This document shows, in pieces, positions 19,081-28,921 of a stretch of 64,000 bases of DNA. The position numbers and the translations under genes are program-made. The notes beneath the pieces were generated by a model. That model was not told where the DNA came from, did no database searches, and saw nothing but the letters and a program-made list of their open reading frames with translations. How positions within the stretch are numbered: position 1 is the first letter of the stretch; each line of letters opens with the position of its first letter. Origin of the DNA: Chryseobacterium sp. (GTDB lineage: Bacteria > Bacteroidota > Bacteroidia > Flavobacteriales > Weeksellaceae). The stretch covers positions 411 to 64,410 of the forward strand of contig JBMDXW010000242.1 of NCBI GenBank assembly GCA_048594965.1. Reading direction: 5' to 3'.

Positions 19081-19271
19081 TACAATCCTTTGGGTTTAGA
19101 AGGTTTTCCTATCTTTTCGTTTTTCTGATCAACAATTTTTTTGATCGTCTTCTGATTGTGGTGCGTATTCTTGGTATGGAATTTCTCGAACTTGATGTTC
19201 ATTTCTTTTAAAACGCTCTTCAAAGCGTTAAGTTCCATTGCATTTTTAGTGTGTACGATAATGGATTCCAC
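19080..19271 (-). CDS. Small basic hypothetical protein (63 aa)
   Basis: ATG ORF whose stop codon overlaps the lspA start codon by 1 nt. No motif recognised. Confidence 0.4.
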   Translation of the reverse strand: MESIIVHTKNAMELNALKSVLKEMNIKFEKFHTKNTHHNQKTIKKIVDQKNEKIGKPSKPKGL

Positions 19272-19286
19272 GTTTTTATATTTAAA

Positions 19287-19532
19287 TTATTTTTTCGACA
19301 GCTCATCAAGTCTTTTTCTTTCCTTTGGAGAAAGGTCATTGATTCCGTTCTTGCCCATCTTACTCAAAAGGCGGTCTATTTCCTTTTCCCTGTCGCGTTT
19401 GTCAGAATTAAACTGATCGTCTATCGTATAATTCGTGTGCTTTTCAGGGGAAAACAGGTTTCTGATCCTGTCCCGGCTGAAAAAAGCCAGCAGCAAAATA
19501 ACAATCAGGACAAGAATGAGTAATTCGCTCAT
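19287..19532 (-). CDS. Small single-TM protein with charged C-terminal tail (81 aa)
   Basis: N-terminal LLILVLIVILLLAFF, then a Lys/Arg/Asp/Glu-rich tail ending KERKRLDELSKK. Confidence 0.4.
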   Translation of the reverse strand: MSELLILVLIVILLLAFFSRDRIRNLFSPEKHTNYTIDDQFNSDKRDREKEIDRLLSKMGKNGINDLSPKERKRLDELSKK

Positions 19533-19613
19533 GGGTATATACTAAAAATTAGGTTTATAAAGTATTTTTCAAAAATACAATATAAACCCAAATTTATGAT
19601 ATTAACCTTAAGG

Positions 19614-19994
19614 TTATTTTTGCATATTTTTCGCCTCGATGCTCAAGGTAGCGTGAGGAACAGCCAACAGCCTTTCTTTAGGAATTAGCTTTCCTGTTAC
19701 CCTGCAAACACCGTAAGTTTTGTTTTCAATTCTTATCAGCGCGTTTTTAAGATCACGGACGAATTTTTCCTGTCTTCCGGCTAAAATAGAGTTCTGCTCT
19801 TTGCTCAATGTTTCGGCCCCTTCTTCAAATGCTTTGAAGGTAGGAGAAGTGTCATCCGTACCATTATTCTGGTCGTTGATGAAACTTTCCCGGATCAGCT
19901 TCAAATCGTTTTCCGCTTTTTCTATTTTTTCCTTAATGATGGCTTTAAACTCCTGTAAATCAGCATCACTGTATCTTACTCTTTCGTCTGACAT
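19614..19994 (-). CDS. TraR/DksA-family protein
   Basis: Coiled-coil N-terminal part and a C-terminal YGVCRVTGKLIPKERLLAVPHATLSIEAK. Only one Cys is retained. Sits in the conserved ileS-dksA-lspA neighbourhood. Confidence 0.7.
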   Translation of the reverse strand: MSDERVRYSDADLQEFKAIIKEKIEKAENDLKLIRESFINDQNNGTDDTSPTFKAFEEGAETLSKEQNSILAGRQEKFVRDLKNALIRIENKTYGVCRVTGKLIPKERLLAVPHATLSIEAKNMQK

Positions 19995-20054
19995 AATCAT
20001 TTTTCTGTTTTTTAATAAAATTATGAAATGAAATTGAAAAACAATAACTATATG

Positions 20055-23000
20055 TTAAATTTTTTCAACATTTATCTTAAAATTAACCTCATCTATTTCG
20101 ATTTCGTTAAAATTTGAAAGTGAAGATACAATTTCTATTTTATTTGACAAGACTTCGGAAGAAATATATTCTTCATTTTTCTTGATATCATTGATAAACG
20201 GAGCATTTTCTTCAATAAAGATATTTATCCTGTCAGTCAGCTCAAAATCTTTATCTTTTCTAAGGTTTTGAATCCGGTTGATAAATTCTCTTGCAATCCC
20301 TTCAGATTTTAACTCATCTGTTAGCTTCAAATCTAATGCCACAGTCGTTTTGCCGTCGGAAGTTACCGTCCATCCCGGAATATCTTTTGTTGAAATTTCA
20401 ACATCATCAAGTGTTATTTCATACCCCTGGATGTCCAATTTTCCTTCTTTTTCCAAAGATGAAATCTGTTCTGCACTGAAGTTTGCAATCTCTCCACCAA
20501 CCATTTTCATGTCTTTCCCCAATTTCGGACCCAAAGCTTTGAAATTCGGTTTGATCTGTTTTACAATAAGATGCGCCGCTTCTTCAGCGTTAATCAGCTG
20601 CAGTTCTTTCACGTTTACCTCTTGCCTGATGAGTTCGGAAACAGCCAGAATCTGCTCTTCCGTCTTTGAATCTAAAACCGGGATTAAAACTTTTTGAAGC
20701 GGCTGACGAACTTTTACATTTTCTTTCTTTCTCAAAGAAAAAACCATACTTGTAATGTTCTGTGCCAAATGGGTCTTTTCCACAAGATCCTGGTCGATCA
20801 GGCTTTCATCTGCTACCGGGAAGTCTGTCAAGTGGATCGATTCCGCCGCATCTTTTCCGGTTACTTTATTTAAATCCTGATAAAGCTGGTCCATAAAGAA
20901 AGGCGCAATCGGCGCGGATAATTTGGCAACCGTTTCAAGACAGGTATATAAAGTCTGATAGGCTGAAATTTTGTCTTCCGAATAATCGCCTTTCCAGAAA
21001 CGTCTTCTGCATAATCTTACGTACCAGTTGGATAAATTATCATTCACAAAAGTGTTTATTGCTCTCGCTACTTTTGTCGGTTCGTAATCTTCATAAAATA
21101 CCTTAACTTCTTTGATCAATAAATTCAGTTCCGATAAGATCCACCGGTCGATCTCAGGCCTGTTCTCTACTTCTTTCTCGGAATAATTAAATCCGTCAAC
21201 ATTTGCATATAAAGCAAAGAACGAGTAGGTGTTGTACAGTGTTCCGAAGAATTTTCTTCTCACTTCATCAATGCCTTCAATGTCAAATTTCAAATTTTCC
21301 CAAGGATTCGCATTAGAGATCATGTACCAGCGCGTTGCATCCGGTCCGTAGACTGCAAGTGTTTCAAACGGATCTACCGCATTGCCTAAACGTTTCGACA
21401 TTTTCTGTCCGTTTTTATCCAAAACAAGACCGTTGCTCATTACATTTTTATAAGCCACCGAATCAAAAACTGCCGTTCCGATCGCATGAAGTGTATAGAA
21501 CCAACCGCGAGTCTGGTCAACACCCTCTGCAATGAAATCTGCAGGGAACGCTTTATTGGTGTCAATTAATTCTTTATTTTCAAAAGGATAATGCAGCTGC
21601 GCATAAGGCATCGCTCCCGAATCGAACCAAACGTCGATCAGGTCGCTTTCACGTTTCATTGGTTTTCCCGAATCTGAAACCAGGATGACTTTGTCGACTA
21701 CATTTTTATGAAGGTCAACGAGTTCGTAATTGGATTCAGACATATTTCCGATGATAAAACCTTTGAACGGATTTTCTTTCATCAATCCTGCTTCAACAGA
21801 TTTTTCGATCTCATTATATAATTCTTCTACAGAACCGATAATCTTTTCTTCAATTTGTCCTGAGGCCGCATCTGTTCGCCAGATTGGCAATGGGATTCCC
21901 CAATATCTTGAACGGGAAAGATTCCAGTCGTTTACATTTTCAAGCCAATTGGCAAAACGGCCTTCTCCGGTAGATTTCGGCTTCCAGTTGATCTCTTTGT
22001 TCAAATCCACCAGCCGGTCTTTTACGGCAGTCATTTTCACAAACCATGAATCTAGCGGATAATATAATAACGGCTCATCTGTTCTCCAGCTGTGTGGATA
22101 CGAGTGAACATATTTTTCTACTTTAAATGCTTTGTTTTCTTTTCTTAATTTTAAAGCAATTCTTTCATCTACCGAAAGATACGTTTTCAGATCTGAAATG
22201 ATCGATTTAAGGTTTTCTTTTTGAATTTTAAGTTCTGCCTCCTTTTCTGCTTCGCTAAGGTATTCTCCTTTTACGTATTCATTGGCAAAACCGTAAACTT
22301 CGTCGCTTACTTGAGGCAAAAATCTTCCCTGAAGATCTACCAGAGGTACGGGATTTCCGTTTTTATCCGGAACAAGCATTGGCGGAACTTCAGGAGTCGC
22401 TTCTTTAGCCACTTTTGCATCATCAGCACCAAAAGTAGGTGCCGTGTGAACGATACCTGTACCGTCTTCCGTCGTAACGAAGTTTCCTGAAATGACTCTG
22501 AAAGCATTTTCCGGGTTTTGGTGAGGTTTAGCATAATCTAAAAGTTGTTCATATTTAATTCCAACCAGATCAGCACCTTTGAATTCGGCTAAAATCTGAT
22601 AAGGAATAACTTTACTTTCTGAAGTGTAATTTGCGAAATCTTCTTCTGTACCTGCACTGTATTTTTTTGCAAACTGTTTCCCAATTAAAGCTTTCGCCAA
22701 AACTACATTTACCGGTTCAAAAGTATATTGATTGAACGTTTTAACCAAAACATAATCGATTTTCGGGCCTACTGTCAACGCGGTATTGGAAGGCAAAGTC
22801 CATGGAGTTGTCGTCCAAGCCAGGAAATGCACATCACCAAAGCCCTGTAAAAATGAAGGTAGTGTTTCAGGTAATGTTTTAAACTGTGCCACCACCGTGT
22901 TGTCAGAAACATCACGGTAAGCTCCCGGTTGGTTGACTTCGTGGGAAGAAAGTCCGGTTCCTGCTTTCGGAGAATACGGCTGGATGGTGTAGCCTTTGTA

Positions 23001-23519
23001 CAATAATCCTTTATCATACAATTGCTTCAGCAGCCACCAAACCGTCTCCATGTATTTCGATTTGTACGTGATATACGGATCATCGAGATCAACCCAATAT
23101 CCGATCTTTTCGGTAAGGTTGTTCCAGACGTCTGTGTAACGCATTACTGCTTCACGGCACGCTTTATTGTAATCTTCAATTGAAATTTTGTTGCCAATAT
23201 CTTCTTTGGTGATTCCTAATTCTTTTTCCACACCAAGCTCTACCGGAAGTCCGTGCGTGTCCCAACCCGCTTTACGGAAAACCTGCTTCCCGTTCTGGGT
23301 CTGATAACGACAGAAAATATCCTTTAATGCTCTGGCCATAACGTGGTGAATTCCGGGCATTCCGTTTGCAGAAGGCGGACCTTCATAAAAAACAAACTCA
23401 GGCTGCCCCTCACGAATCTCAACACTTTTATTGAAATTTTTGTTCTGTTTCCAGAATTCCGCGATGTTCTCGGCTACGTCAATAAGGTTGAGGTTTTTGT
23501 ACTCTTTAAATTGGCTCAT
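20055..23519 (-). CDS. ileS: Isoleucine--tRNA ligase (long, type 2 form)
   Basis: PSANGMPGIHHVMAR (HIGH), GQKMSKRLGN (KMSKS) and an editing-domain insertion. 1154 aa. Confidence 0.97.
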   Translation of the reverse strand: MSQFKEYKNLNLIDVAENIAEFWKQNKNFNKSVEIREGQPEFVFYEGPPSANGMPGIHHVMARALKDIFCRYQTQNGKQVFRKAGWDTHGLPVELGVEKELGITKEDIGNKISIEDYNKACREAVMRYTDVWNNLTEKIGYWVDLDDPYITYKSKYMETVWWLLKQLYDKGLLYKGYTIQPYSPKAGTGLSSHEVNQPGAYRDVSDNTVVAQFKTLPETLPSFLQGFGDVHFLAWTTTPWTLPSNTALTVGPKIDYVLVKTFNQYTFEPVNVVLAKALIGKQFAKKYSAGTEEDFANYTSESKVIPYQILAEFKGADLVGIKYEQLLDYAKPHQNPENAFRVISGNFVTTEDGTGIVHTAPTFGADDAKVAKEATPEVPPMLVPDKNGNPVPLVDLQGRFLPQVSDEVYGFANEYVKGEYLSEAEKEAELKIQKENLKSIISDLKTYLSVDERIALKLRKENKAFKVEKYVHSYPHSWRTDEPLLYYPLDSWFVKMTAVKDRLVDLNKEINWKPKSTGEGRFANWLENVNDWNLSRSRYWGIPLPIWRTDAASGQIEEKIIGSVEELYNEIEKSVEAGLMKENPFKGFIIGNMSESNYELVDLHKNVVDKVILVSDSGKPMKRESDLIDVWFDSGAMPYAQLHYPFENKELIDTNKAFPADFIAEGVDQTRGWFYTLHAIGTAVFDSVAYKNVMSNGLVLDKNGQKMSKRLGNAVDPFETLAVYGPDATRWYMISNANPWENLKFDIEGIDEVRRKFFGTLYNTYSFFALYANVDGFNYSEKEVENRPEIDRWILSELNLLIKEVKVFYEDYEPTKVARAINTFVNDNLSNWYVRLCRRRFWKGDYSEDKISAYQTLYTCLETVAKLSAPIAPFFMDQLYQDLNKVTGKDAAESIHLTDFPVADESLIDQDLVEKTHLAQNITSMVFSLRKKENVKVRQPLQKVLIPVLDSKTEEQILAVSELIRQEVNVKELQLINAEEAAHLIVKQIKPNFKALGPKLGKDMKMVGGEIANFSAEQISSLEKEGKLDIQGYEITLDDVEISTKDIPGWTVTSDGKTTVALDLKLTDELKSEGIAREFINRIQNLRKDKDFELTDRINIFIEENAPFINDIKKNEEYISSEVLSNKIEIVSSLSNFNEIEIDEVNFKINVEKI

Positions 23520-24025
23520 TGTAATATATCAATATCGTTGATTAATTAAGTTGGCAAATTTACTAAAATTTACCGGTTTATAATATATGTTTTATTTTGA
23601 GACTTCCAATTAAAAAGTTCTTTTTCAGGAAATAAAAATAAAGGTGGATGGTCAGTTGTGAATGGGTCAATTTTTAAAATGGATTTATTGGACATGTTAT
23701 GGAAAATCTTTTTATCAATAGGAGCGGCTTTAGCCATTTTCAATTTAAGTTTCTTGTCACACTATCTTTTTCACGCAAAGTCTTAATTTAATCCTAATTA
23801 ATATTAAGTAAACAAAGAAGAATCAACAAGTTGATTTAATGAGGCTGTGTTTTCACGCTTCGTGCAGCAAATTCATTTGCCTTTGCCATCTGAAATCAAC
23901 AGTACAATAACTAAATCTTTGCGTTTACATCATCTCTGAAATTCACAATGGAATTTAATTTTTAAATTTTTTAATCATTCAATCTTTTAATTTTAAATAA
24001 ATTTGTCCTCTAAAAATAACAACTA

Positions 24026-25318
24026 TTGGAATTCTATCCATCCATCGAAAGATCAGAAATTCAGGAAATAAAAAAGTTTCAGGAGAAAAAACTTCAGGAA
24101 CTTTTGGTTTATCTTGAAAACAATTCACCTTTTTATCAAAAACTATTCAAAGAAAACAATATCAGGATTGCCGATATCCAAACGTTGGAAGATTTGCAGA
24201 AAATCCCGACAACAACGAAAAACGATGTTCAGCAGCATAATGATGATTTTTTCTGTATCACACCCGATAAGATTGTAGATTACAGCACGACTTCAGGGAC
24301 GTTGGGTGATCCTGTGACTTTCGGTTTATCAGATAATGATCTGGAAAGATTAGCTTATAACGAAGCTATTTCCTTCGCTTGTGCCGGAATTCAAAAAGGA
24401 GATGTGGTGCAGATGATTACAACAATTGATAAGCGGTTCATGGCCGGACTGGCTTACTTTTTAGGATTAAGAAAAATGGGCGCCAGCGTCGTAAGAATGG
24501 GGCCAGGAATTCCGGAATTGCAATGGGATTCGATTTTCAGATATAAGCCAAAATATTTAATTACCGTTCCGTCTTTTTTGTTAAAAATGATTGATTACGC
24601 CGAAAAACACGGAATCGATTACCAAAATTCCAGCGTGTACGGTGCCGTTTGCATTGGAGAAAGCATCAAGAATCAGGATTTCACGGATAATATTTTATCA
24701 AGAAAGATCAAAGAGAAATGGAACATCAAACTTTTCTCTACCTATGCTTCCACTGAAATGAGTACTGCTTTTACCGAATGCGAACAGCAGATCGGCGGAC
24801 ATCATCACCCGGAACTTATCATTACGGAAATTCTGGATGATAACGGAAATCCTGTAAAAGAAGGCGAAAGCGGAGAGTTGACCATTACTACTTTAGGCGT
24901 TGAAGCGCTGCCTTTGTTGCGTTTTAAGACCGGTGATATTGTAAAAGCGCATTACGAGCCCTGCCCATGCGGAAGAAATACGATGAGGCTGGGACCTGTG
25001 GTTGGAAGAAAACAACAGATGATCAAATACAAAGGAACCACACTTTATCCGCCGGCGATGAATGATATCCTGAATGATTTCAACAATATTCTGTGCTACC
25101 AGATCGTGATCCAATCGAATGAGATAGGGCTGGATGAAATCATCATTAAAATCAGCACAGACAGCGACTCGGAAAATTTTGTAAATGAGGTAAGAGACCA
25201 TTTCCGCGCGAAACTGCGGGTAAGCCCGAAAATTGAAATGGTTGACTTTGATGTTCTGTCTAAAGTTGTTTTTAATCCGAACAGCAGGAAACCGATTACT
25301 TTTACAGATCTTCGATAA
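24026..25318 (+). CDS. Phenylacetate-CoA ligase (PaaK)-like adenylate-forming enzyme; candidate aryl-acid activator
   Basis: YSTTSGTLGDPV (P-loop-like), STYASTEMS and RFKTGD motifs. About 430 aa, like PaaK/F390 synthetases. The only in-frame start nearby is a TTG, so the start is uncertain. Confidence 0.7.
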   Translation: MEFYPSIERSEIQEIKKFQEKKLQELLVYLENNSPFYQKLFKENNIRIADIQTLEDLQKIPTTTKNDVQQHNDDFFCITPDKIVDYSTTSGTLGDPVTFGLSDNDLERLAYNEAISFACAGIQKGDVVQMITTIDKRFMAGLAYFLGLRKMGASVVRMGPGIPELQWDSIFRYKPKYLITVPSFLLKMIDYAEKHGIDYQNSSVYGAVCIGESIKNQDFTDNILSRKIKEKWNIKLFSTYASTEMSTAFTECEQQIGGHHHPELIITEILDDNGNPVKEGESGELTITTLGVEALPLLRFKTGDIVKAHYEPCPCGRNTMRLGPVVGRKQQMIKYKGTTLYPPAMNDILNDFNNILCYQIVIQSNEIGLDEIIIKISTDSDSENFVNEVRDHFRAKLRVSPKIEMVDFDVLSKVVFNPNSRKPITFTDLR

Positions 25319-25357
25319 TATTCAATTCAGAAATAAACTTAAATTAAATTATAAACT

Positions 25358-25957
25358 ATGAAAAAATTATTTCTTATGCTATTTATGGCAATGACTATGA
25401 TCGTTTTTGCCCAAACCAAAATAAAATATGAATCAGGAAATTTCGATTTTCTTAAAGATCAGACTGAAGTAAATGTACAGTTTAAATTTGAAAATGCTGC
25501 CTTTCAGGTTGAAAATTTTACTGAAGCACAATATCTTGAAAGAAGAAAAAAAGAGACTGTAGATAAGAAAGGGGAAGCTAGTTGGACATTATGGGATGCA
25601 GAGTGGAAAAATCACAGAGAATCTGTTTTCTTCGACAAATTTATTGATGGATTAAATAATAAAGCAAAGAAGATTAAATTCGGTAAGGATTTAAAAACAA
25701 AATATACATTGATCATTGCAACAAAATGGATTTATGCAGGCTGGAGCGGTTTTGTGACGCAACCCGCTAAATTGTCCGCTGAGATAAGTGTTGTAGAAAG
25801 CGATAATCCATCAAATGTTTTACTTAAAATTCTCACAGATAAAATAGAAGGAGTAGGAAGTAAAGTCGATTACGGAATGGAATATGGCAGAATTTCTGCA
25901 GCTTACGAAAAGAGCGGAAAAGAGATCGGAAAAGAAATCAAAAACGCAGTAAAATAA
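25358..25957 (+). CDS. Secreted hypothetical protein (199 aa)
   Basis: Signal peptide MLFMAMTMIVFAQ. Lys-rich. No motif recognised. Confidence 0.45.
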   Translation: MKKLFLMLFMAMTMIVFAQTKIKYESGNFDFLKDQTEVNVQFKFENAAFQVENFTEAQYLERRKKETVDKKGEASWTLWDAEWKNHRESVFFDKFIDGLNNKAKKIKFGKDLKTKYTLIIATKWIYAGWSGFVTQPAKLSAEISVVESDNPSNVLLKILTDKIEGVGSKVDYGMEYGRISAAYEKSGKEIGKEIKNAVK

Positions 25958-25960
25958 TAA

Positions 25961-25987
25961 GAAGCGGTCTGAAATTCAGACCGCTTC
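25961..25987. terminator. Bidirectional hairpin between convergent genes
   Basis: GAAGCGGTCTGA-AAT-TCAGACCGCTTC (12-bp perfect stem), lying between the stops of the 25358 gene and the halogenase gene. Confidence 0.7.
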
Positions 25988-25988
25988 T

Positions 25989-27233
25989 TTATGCTTGTTG
26001 CTTTTCTGTTTTTATAAATTCGGCTAAATTTTTAATCGCCGTATCGTGTATTCTCACAAAAGTATTCTTTTTGTCCCATACATAACCCGCCAGCACGGCA
26101 CAGATTTTTCTCTTGACATCGGGATTTTCCGGTTGATGGAAGAATAATTCCTGAAGATTTCCGGTATACCATTCTTTTACATACGTAGTGAAAACATTCA
26201 CGCCGTATAAAATATAATCTGAATATTCTTTTTGCCAGTCGATGGTTTCGCCGTTCAGTTGTCTTAAAGCTAATTTTGCCGCCAACATTCCGGATTCTGT
26301 TGCAAAAGCCATCCCCGAAGAGAAAACAGGATCCAGGAATTCCGAAGCATTTCCCGTTAAGGCAAATCCGTCCCCGTATAATTTTTTTACCGAGCAGGAA
26401 TAATCTTTCAGGTGCTTAGGCTCGAAAAGGAAATCTACATCCCCAAAACGCTTTACATAATAATCCGACAGGGAAATCGCTTTTCTTAAAGCTTCCGCCG
26501 TATTGCCGTTTTCGGATAACTTATCGATGTATTCCGTAGGCCCCACAATTCCGACGCTGGTATTTCCGTTGGAGAAAGGAATTACCCAAAGCCATACTTC
26601 AGTCTCGATAATATCAAAAGAAATTAAAGTTCCTTCGGTCCCTTCTTCACGGTTGATGTCTTTTACATGGGAAAAAATAGCGGAGTGCGGAGAAAGTTTG
26701 GAGGGCTTTTCAAGATCCAGAAGTCTTGGAAGCACCCTTCCGTAGCCGCTGGAATCGATCACGAATTTGGCATGGATCTCTTTTGTTTCCCCGTCTTTGG
26801 TTCTTACAGTTGTCACGGAATCCGTCCCGTTGAATTCAATGCCGATCACTTCGGTCTCAAATTCCAGGTCAATGCCTTTATTGATGACTTCCTGGGCGAG
26901 CACGTTGTCAAAATCGGCTCTCGGAACCTGCCATGTCCAGTCCCATCCTTCCCCGAACTTATTACTAAAATCAAAAATGCAGACTTCGTTGCCTCTTAAA
27001 AACCGGGCGCCCAGTTTCTTTTCAAACCCCATTTTATCAAGGGCCGGAAACAGGCCGGCTTCATCAAAATGATCCATGACCCGGGGAATAAGGCTTTCCC
27101 CGACCACTAATCTGGGAAATCTGGTTTTTTCAACAACTTTTACGCTGACGTTGTTCTTCTTTAAGTATGAAGAAGATACGCAACCGGAAGGCCCGGCGCC
27201 GATTACAAGAACGTCAACAAATTCTTTGCTCAT
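25989..27233 (-). CDS. Flavin-dependent halogenase-like FAD oxidoreductase
   Basis: GAGPSGC dinucleotide fold, VGESLIP, the halogenase signature WxWxIP (WLWVIPF) and FLDPVFSSGM. Confidence 0.7.
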   Translation of the reverse strand: MSKEFVDVLVIGAGPSGCVSSSYLKKNNVSVKVVEKTRFPRLVVGESLIPRVMDHFDEAGLFPALDKMGFEKKLGARFLRGNEVCIFDFSNKFGEGWDWTWQVPRADFDNVLAQEVINKGIDLEFETEVIGIEFNGTDSVTTVRTKDGETKEIHAKFVIDSSGYGRVLPRLLDLEKPSKLSPHSAIFSHVKDINREEGTEGTLISFDIIETEVWLWVIPFSNGNTSVGIVGPTEYIDKLSENGNTAEALRKAISLSDYYVKRFGDVDFLFEPKHLKDYSCSVKKLYGDGFALTGNASEFLDPVFSSGMAFATESGMLAAKLALRQLNGETIDWQKEYSDYILYGVNVFTTYVKEWYTGNLQELFFHQPENPDVKRKICAVLAGYVWDKKNTFVRIHDTAIKNLAEFIKTEKQQA

Positions 27234-27262
27234 CTTTGATTTTTTATTTTAATAATAACTTC

Positions 27263-27270
27263 TATCTTTG
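27263..27270 (+). promoter_or_regulatory. Candidate Bacteroidota -7 promoter box for the ammonia-lyase operon
   Basis: Exact match TATCTTTG to the TAnnTTTG consensus, 62 nt upstream of the ATG at 27332. The only upstream TTG is 24 nt away, longer than the usual spacing. Confidence 0.35.
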
Positions 27271-27331
27271 CCGCAAAATTAATGACAATTAATTAATAAT
27301 TACAAAATTATCATATTATTACTTTTAATTA

Positions 27332-28852
27332 ATGAAAATAAACAACTTTTTAAAACTGAGCGACTTTAAAAAAGTCATCATTGAGAATGAAAGAATAGAA
27401 CTGGATGAAACGCTTCTTGCCAGAGTAGATGAGAGTTTTCAGTTTCTGAGAGAATTTTCAAAAAATAAAGTAATATATGGAGTCAATACGGGGTTCGGTC
27501 CGATGGCTCAGTTTAAAATAAGCGATGAAGATACCCATCAGCTTCAGTACAACCTGATCCGGAGCCATTCCTCAGGGATTGGAAATCCGCTTCCTGCCGA
27601 TGAAGCGAAAGCCTGTATGCTGGCCAGATTAAATACGTTGTCTCTTGGAAAATCAGGGGTTCATCAGTCGGTTGTCAATCTACTTAAAGAATTAATAAAC
27701 AGGGATATTACGCCATTGATCTTTGAGCACGGCGGGGTAGGTGCAAGCGGTGACCTTGTGCAGTTGGCACACCTTGCTTTGGTATTGATCGGCGAAGGGG
27801 AAGTTTTTTGTAATGGGGAAAGAAAACCAACAAAAGAAGTTTTCGCTGCAGAAGGCCTTGAACCGATTCAGGTGGAGATTCGTGAAGGGCTTGCTTTAAT
27901 GAACGGAACATCTGTCATGTCCGGAATCGGTGCGGTTAATGCGCATAAAGCGAATCAGTTAACTGATATTTCTTTAAAATTATCCTGTGCGATCAATGAA
28001 ATTGTCCAGGCTTATGACGACCACCTTTCGGAAGTGCTGAACGGAACCAAGCTTCATGAAGGTCAGCAGAAGATTGCCGCTAAAATGCGTGCTCATTTGT
28101 CCGACAGCAAGCTGATCCGGAAAAGAGCCGATCATTTATATACACACTTTGAAGAACAGGAAAAAGTCTTCAAAGAAAAAGTCCAGGAATATTACTCCTT
28201 ACGATGTGTTCCGCAGATTTTAGGGCCTGTCCTGGATACGTTGGAATACACTGAGAAAGTATTAGAAAATGAGATCAATTCAGCAAATGATAATCCGATC
28301 ATTAATGTTGAGGATCAGCATGTTTACCACGGTGGAAATTTCCACGGGGATTATATTTCGCTGGAAATGGACAAGCTGAAAATCGTGGTGACGAAACTCA
28401 CAATGCTGGCGGAAAGACAACTGAACTATCTTTTAAACTCTAAAATCAACGAGATTTTGCCTCCGTTTGTGAATCTCGGGAAACTGGGCTTCAATTTCGG
28501 AATGCAGGGCGTGCAGTTTACGGCGACTTCCACAACAGCGGAAAGCCAGATGCTCTCCAACCCAATGTATGTGCACAGTATACCGAATAACAATGATAAC
28601 CAGGATATTGTAAGCATGGGAACCAATGCGGCCGTCATCTGCAGGAAAGTGATCGACAATGCTTTTGAAGTTTTAACGATTGAAGCCATTACCATCGTTC
28701 AGGCTATCGAATATCTTGGTTTCCAGGATAAAATCTCGTCGGCGACAAAAGAGTTATATGATGAAATAAGAAAGATTATTCCTGCGTTCTCCAGTGATAT
28801 GGTAATGTATCCGTACTTGGAAAATGTAAAAAATTATCTTAAAAGTATGTAA
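27332..28852 (+). CDS. Aromatic amino-acid ammonia-lyase (HAL/TAL family, MIO-dependent); expected tyrosine ammonia-lyase of the pathway
   Basis: MIO-forming GVGASGDLVQLAH, YGVNTGFGPMA and NDNPII. Substrate preference cannot be read from the sequence alone. Confidence 0.85.
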   Translation: MKINNFLKLSDFKKVIIENERIELDETLLARVDESFQFLREFSKNKVIYGVNTGFGPMAQFKISDEDTHQLQYNLIRSHSSGIGNPLPADEAKACMLARLNTLSLGKSGVHQSVVNLLKELINRDITPLIFEHGGVGASGDLVQLAHLALVLIGEGEVFCNGERKPTKEVFAAEGLEPIQVEIREGLALMNGTSVMSGIGAVNAHKANQLTDISLKLSCAINEIVQAYDDHLSEVLNGTKLHEGQQKIAAKMRAHLSDSKLIRKRADHLYTHFEEQEKVFKEKVQEYYSLRCVPQILGPVLDTLEYTEKVLENEINSANDNPIINVEDQHVYHGGNFHGDYISLEMDKLKIVVTKLTMLAERQLNYLLNSKINEILPPFVNLGKLGFNFGMQGVQFTATSTTAESQMLSNPMYVHSIPNNNDNQDIVSMGTNAAVICRKVIDNAFEVLTIEAITIVQAIEYLGFQDKISSATKELYDEIRKIIPAFSSDMVMYPYLENVKNYLKSM

Positions 28853-28921
28853 CTTCAGCCTTATATACGTTGTCATAAAAGAAGAAAATATATTAAAAAC
28901 TAAAACTAACATACGCAACAC

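Noticed and set aside
23679-23786. 35-codon hydrophobic mini-ORF in the ileS-cluster spacer
   Set aside because: There is no supporting context such as coupling, conservation evidence or a promoter assignment. It is reported only inside the spacer finding, not as a feature.
25487-25497. Extra copy of the AATTTGAAAAT 11-mer
   Set aside because: It lies inside a CDS, encoding KFEN. This shows the 11-mer arises by chance in this genome, which lowers (but does not remove) the significance of the cluster at 46405-46527.
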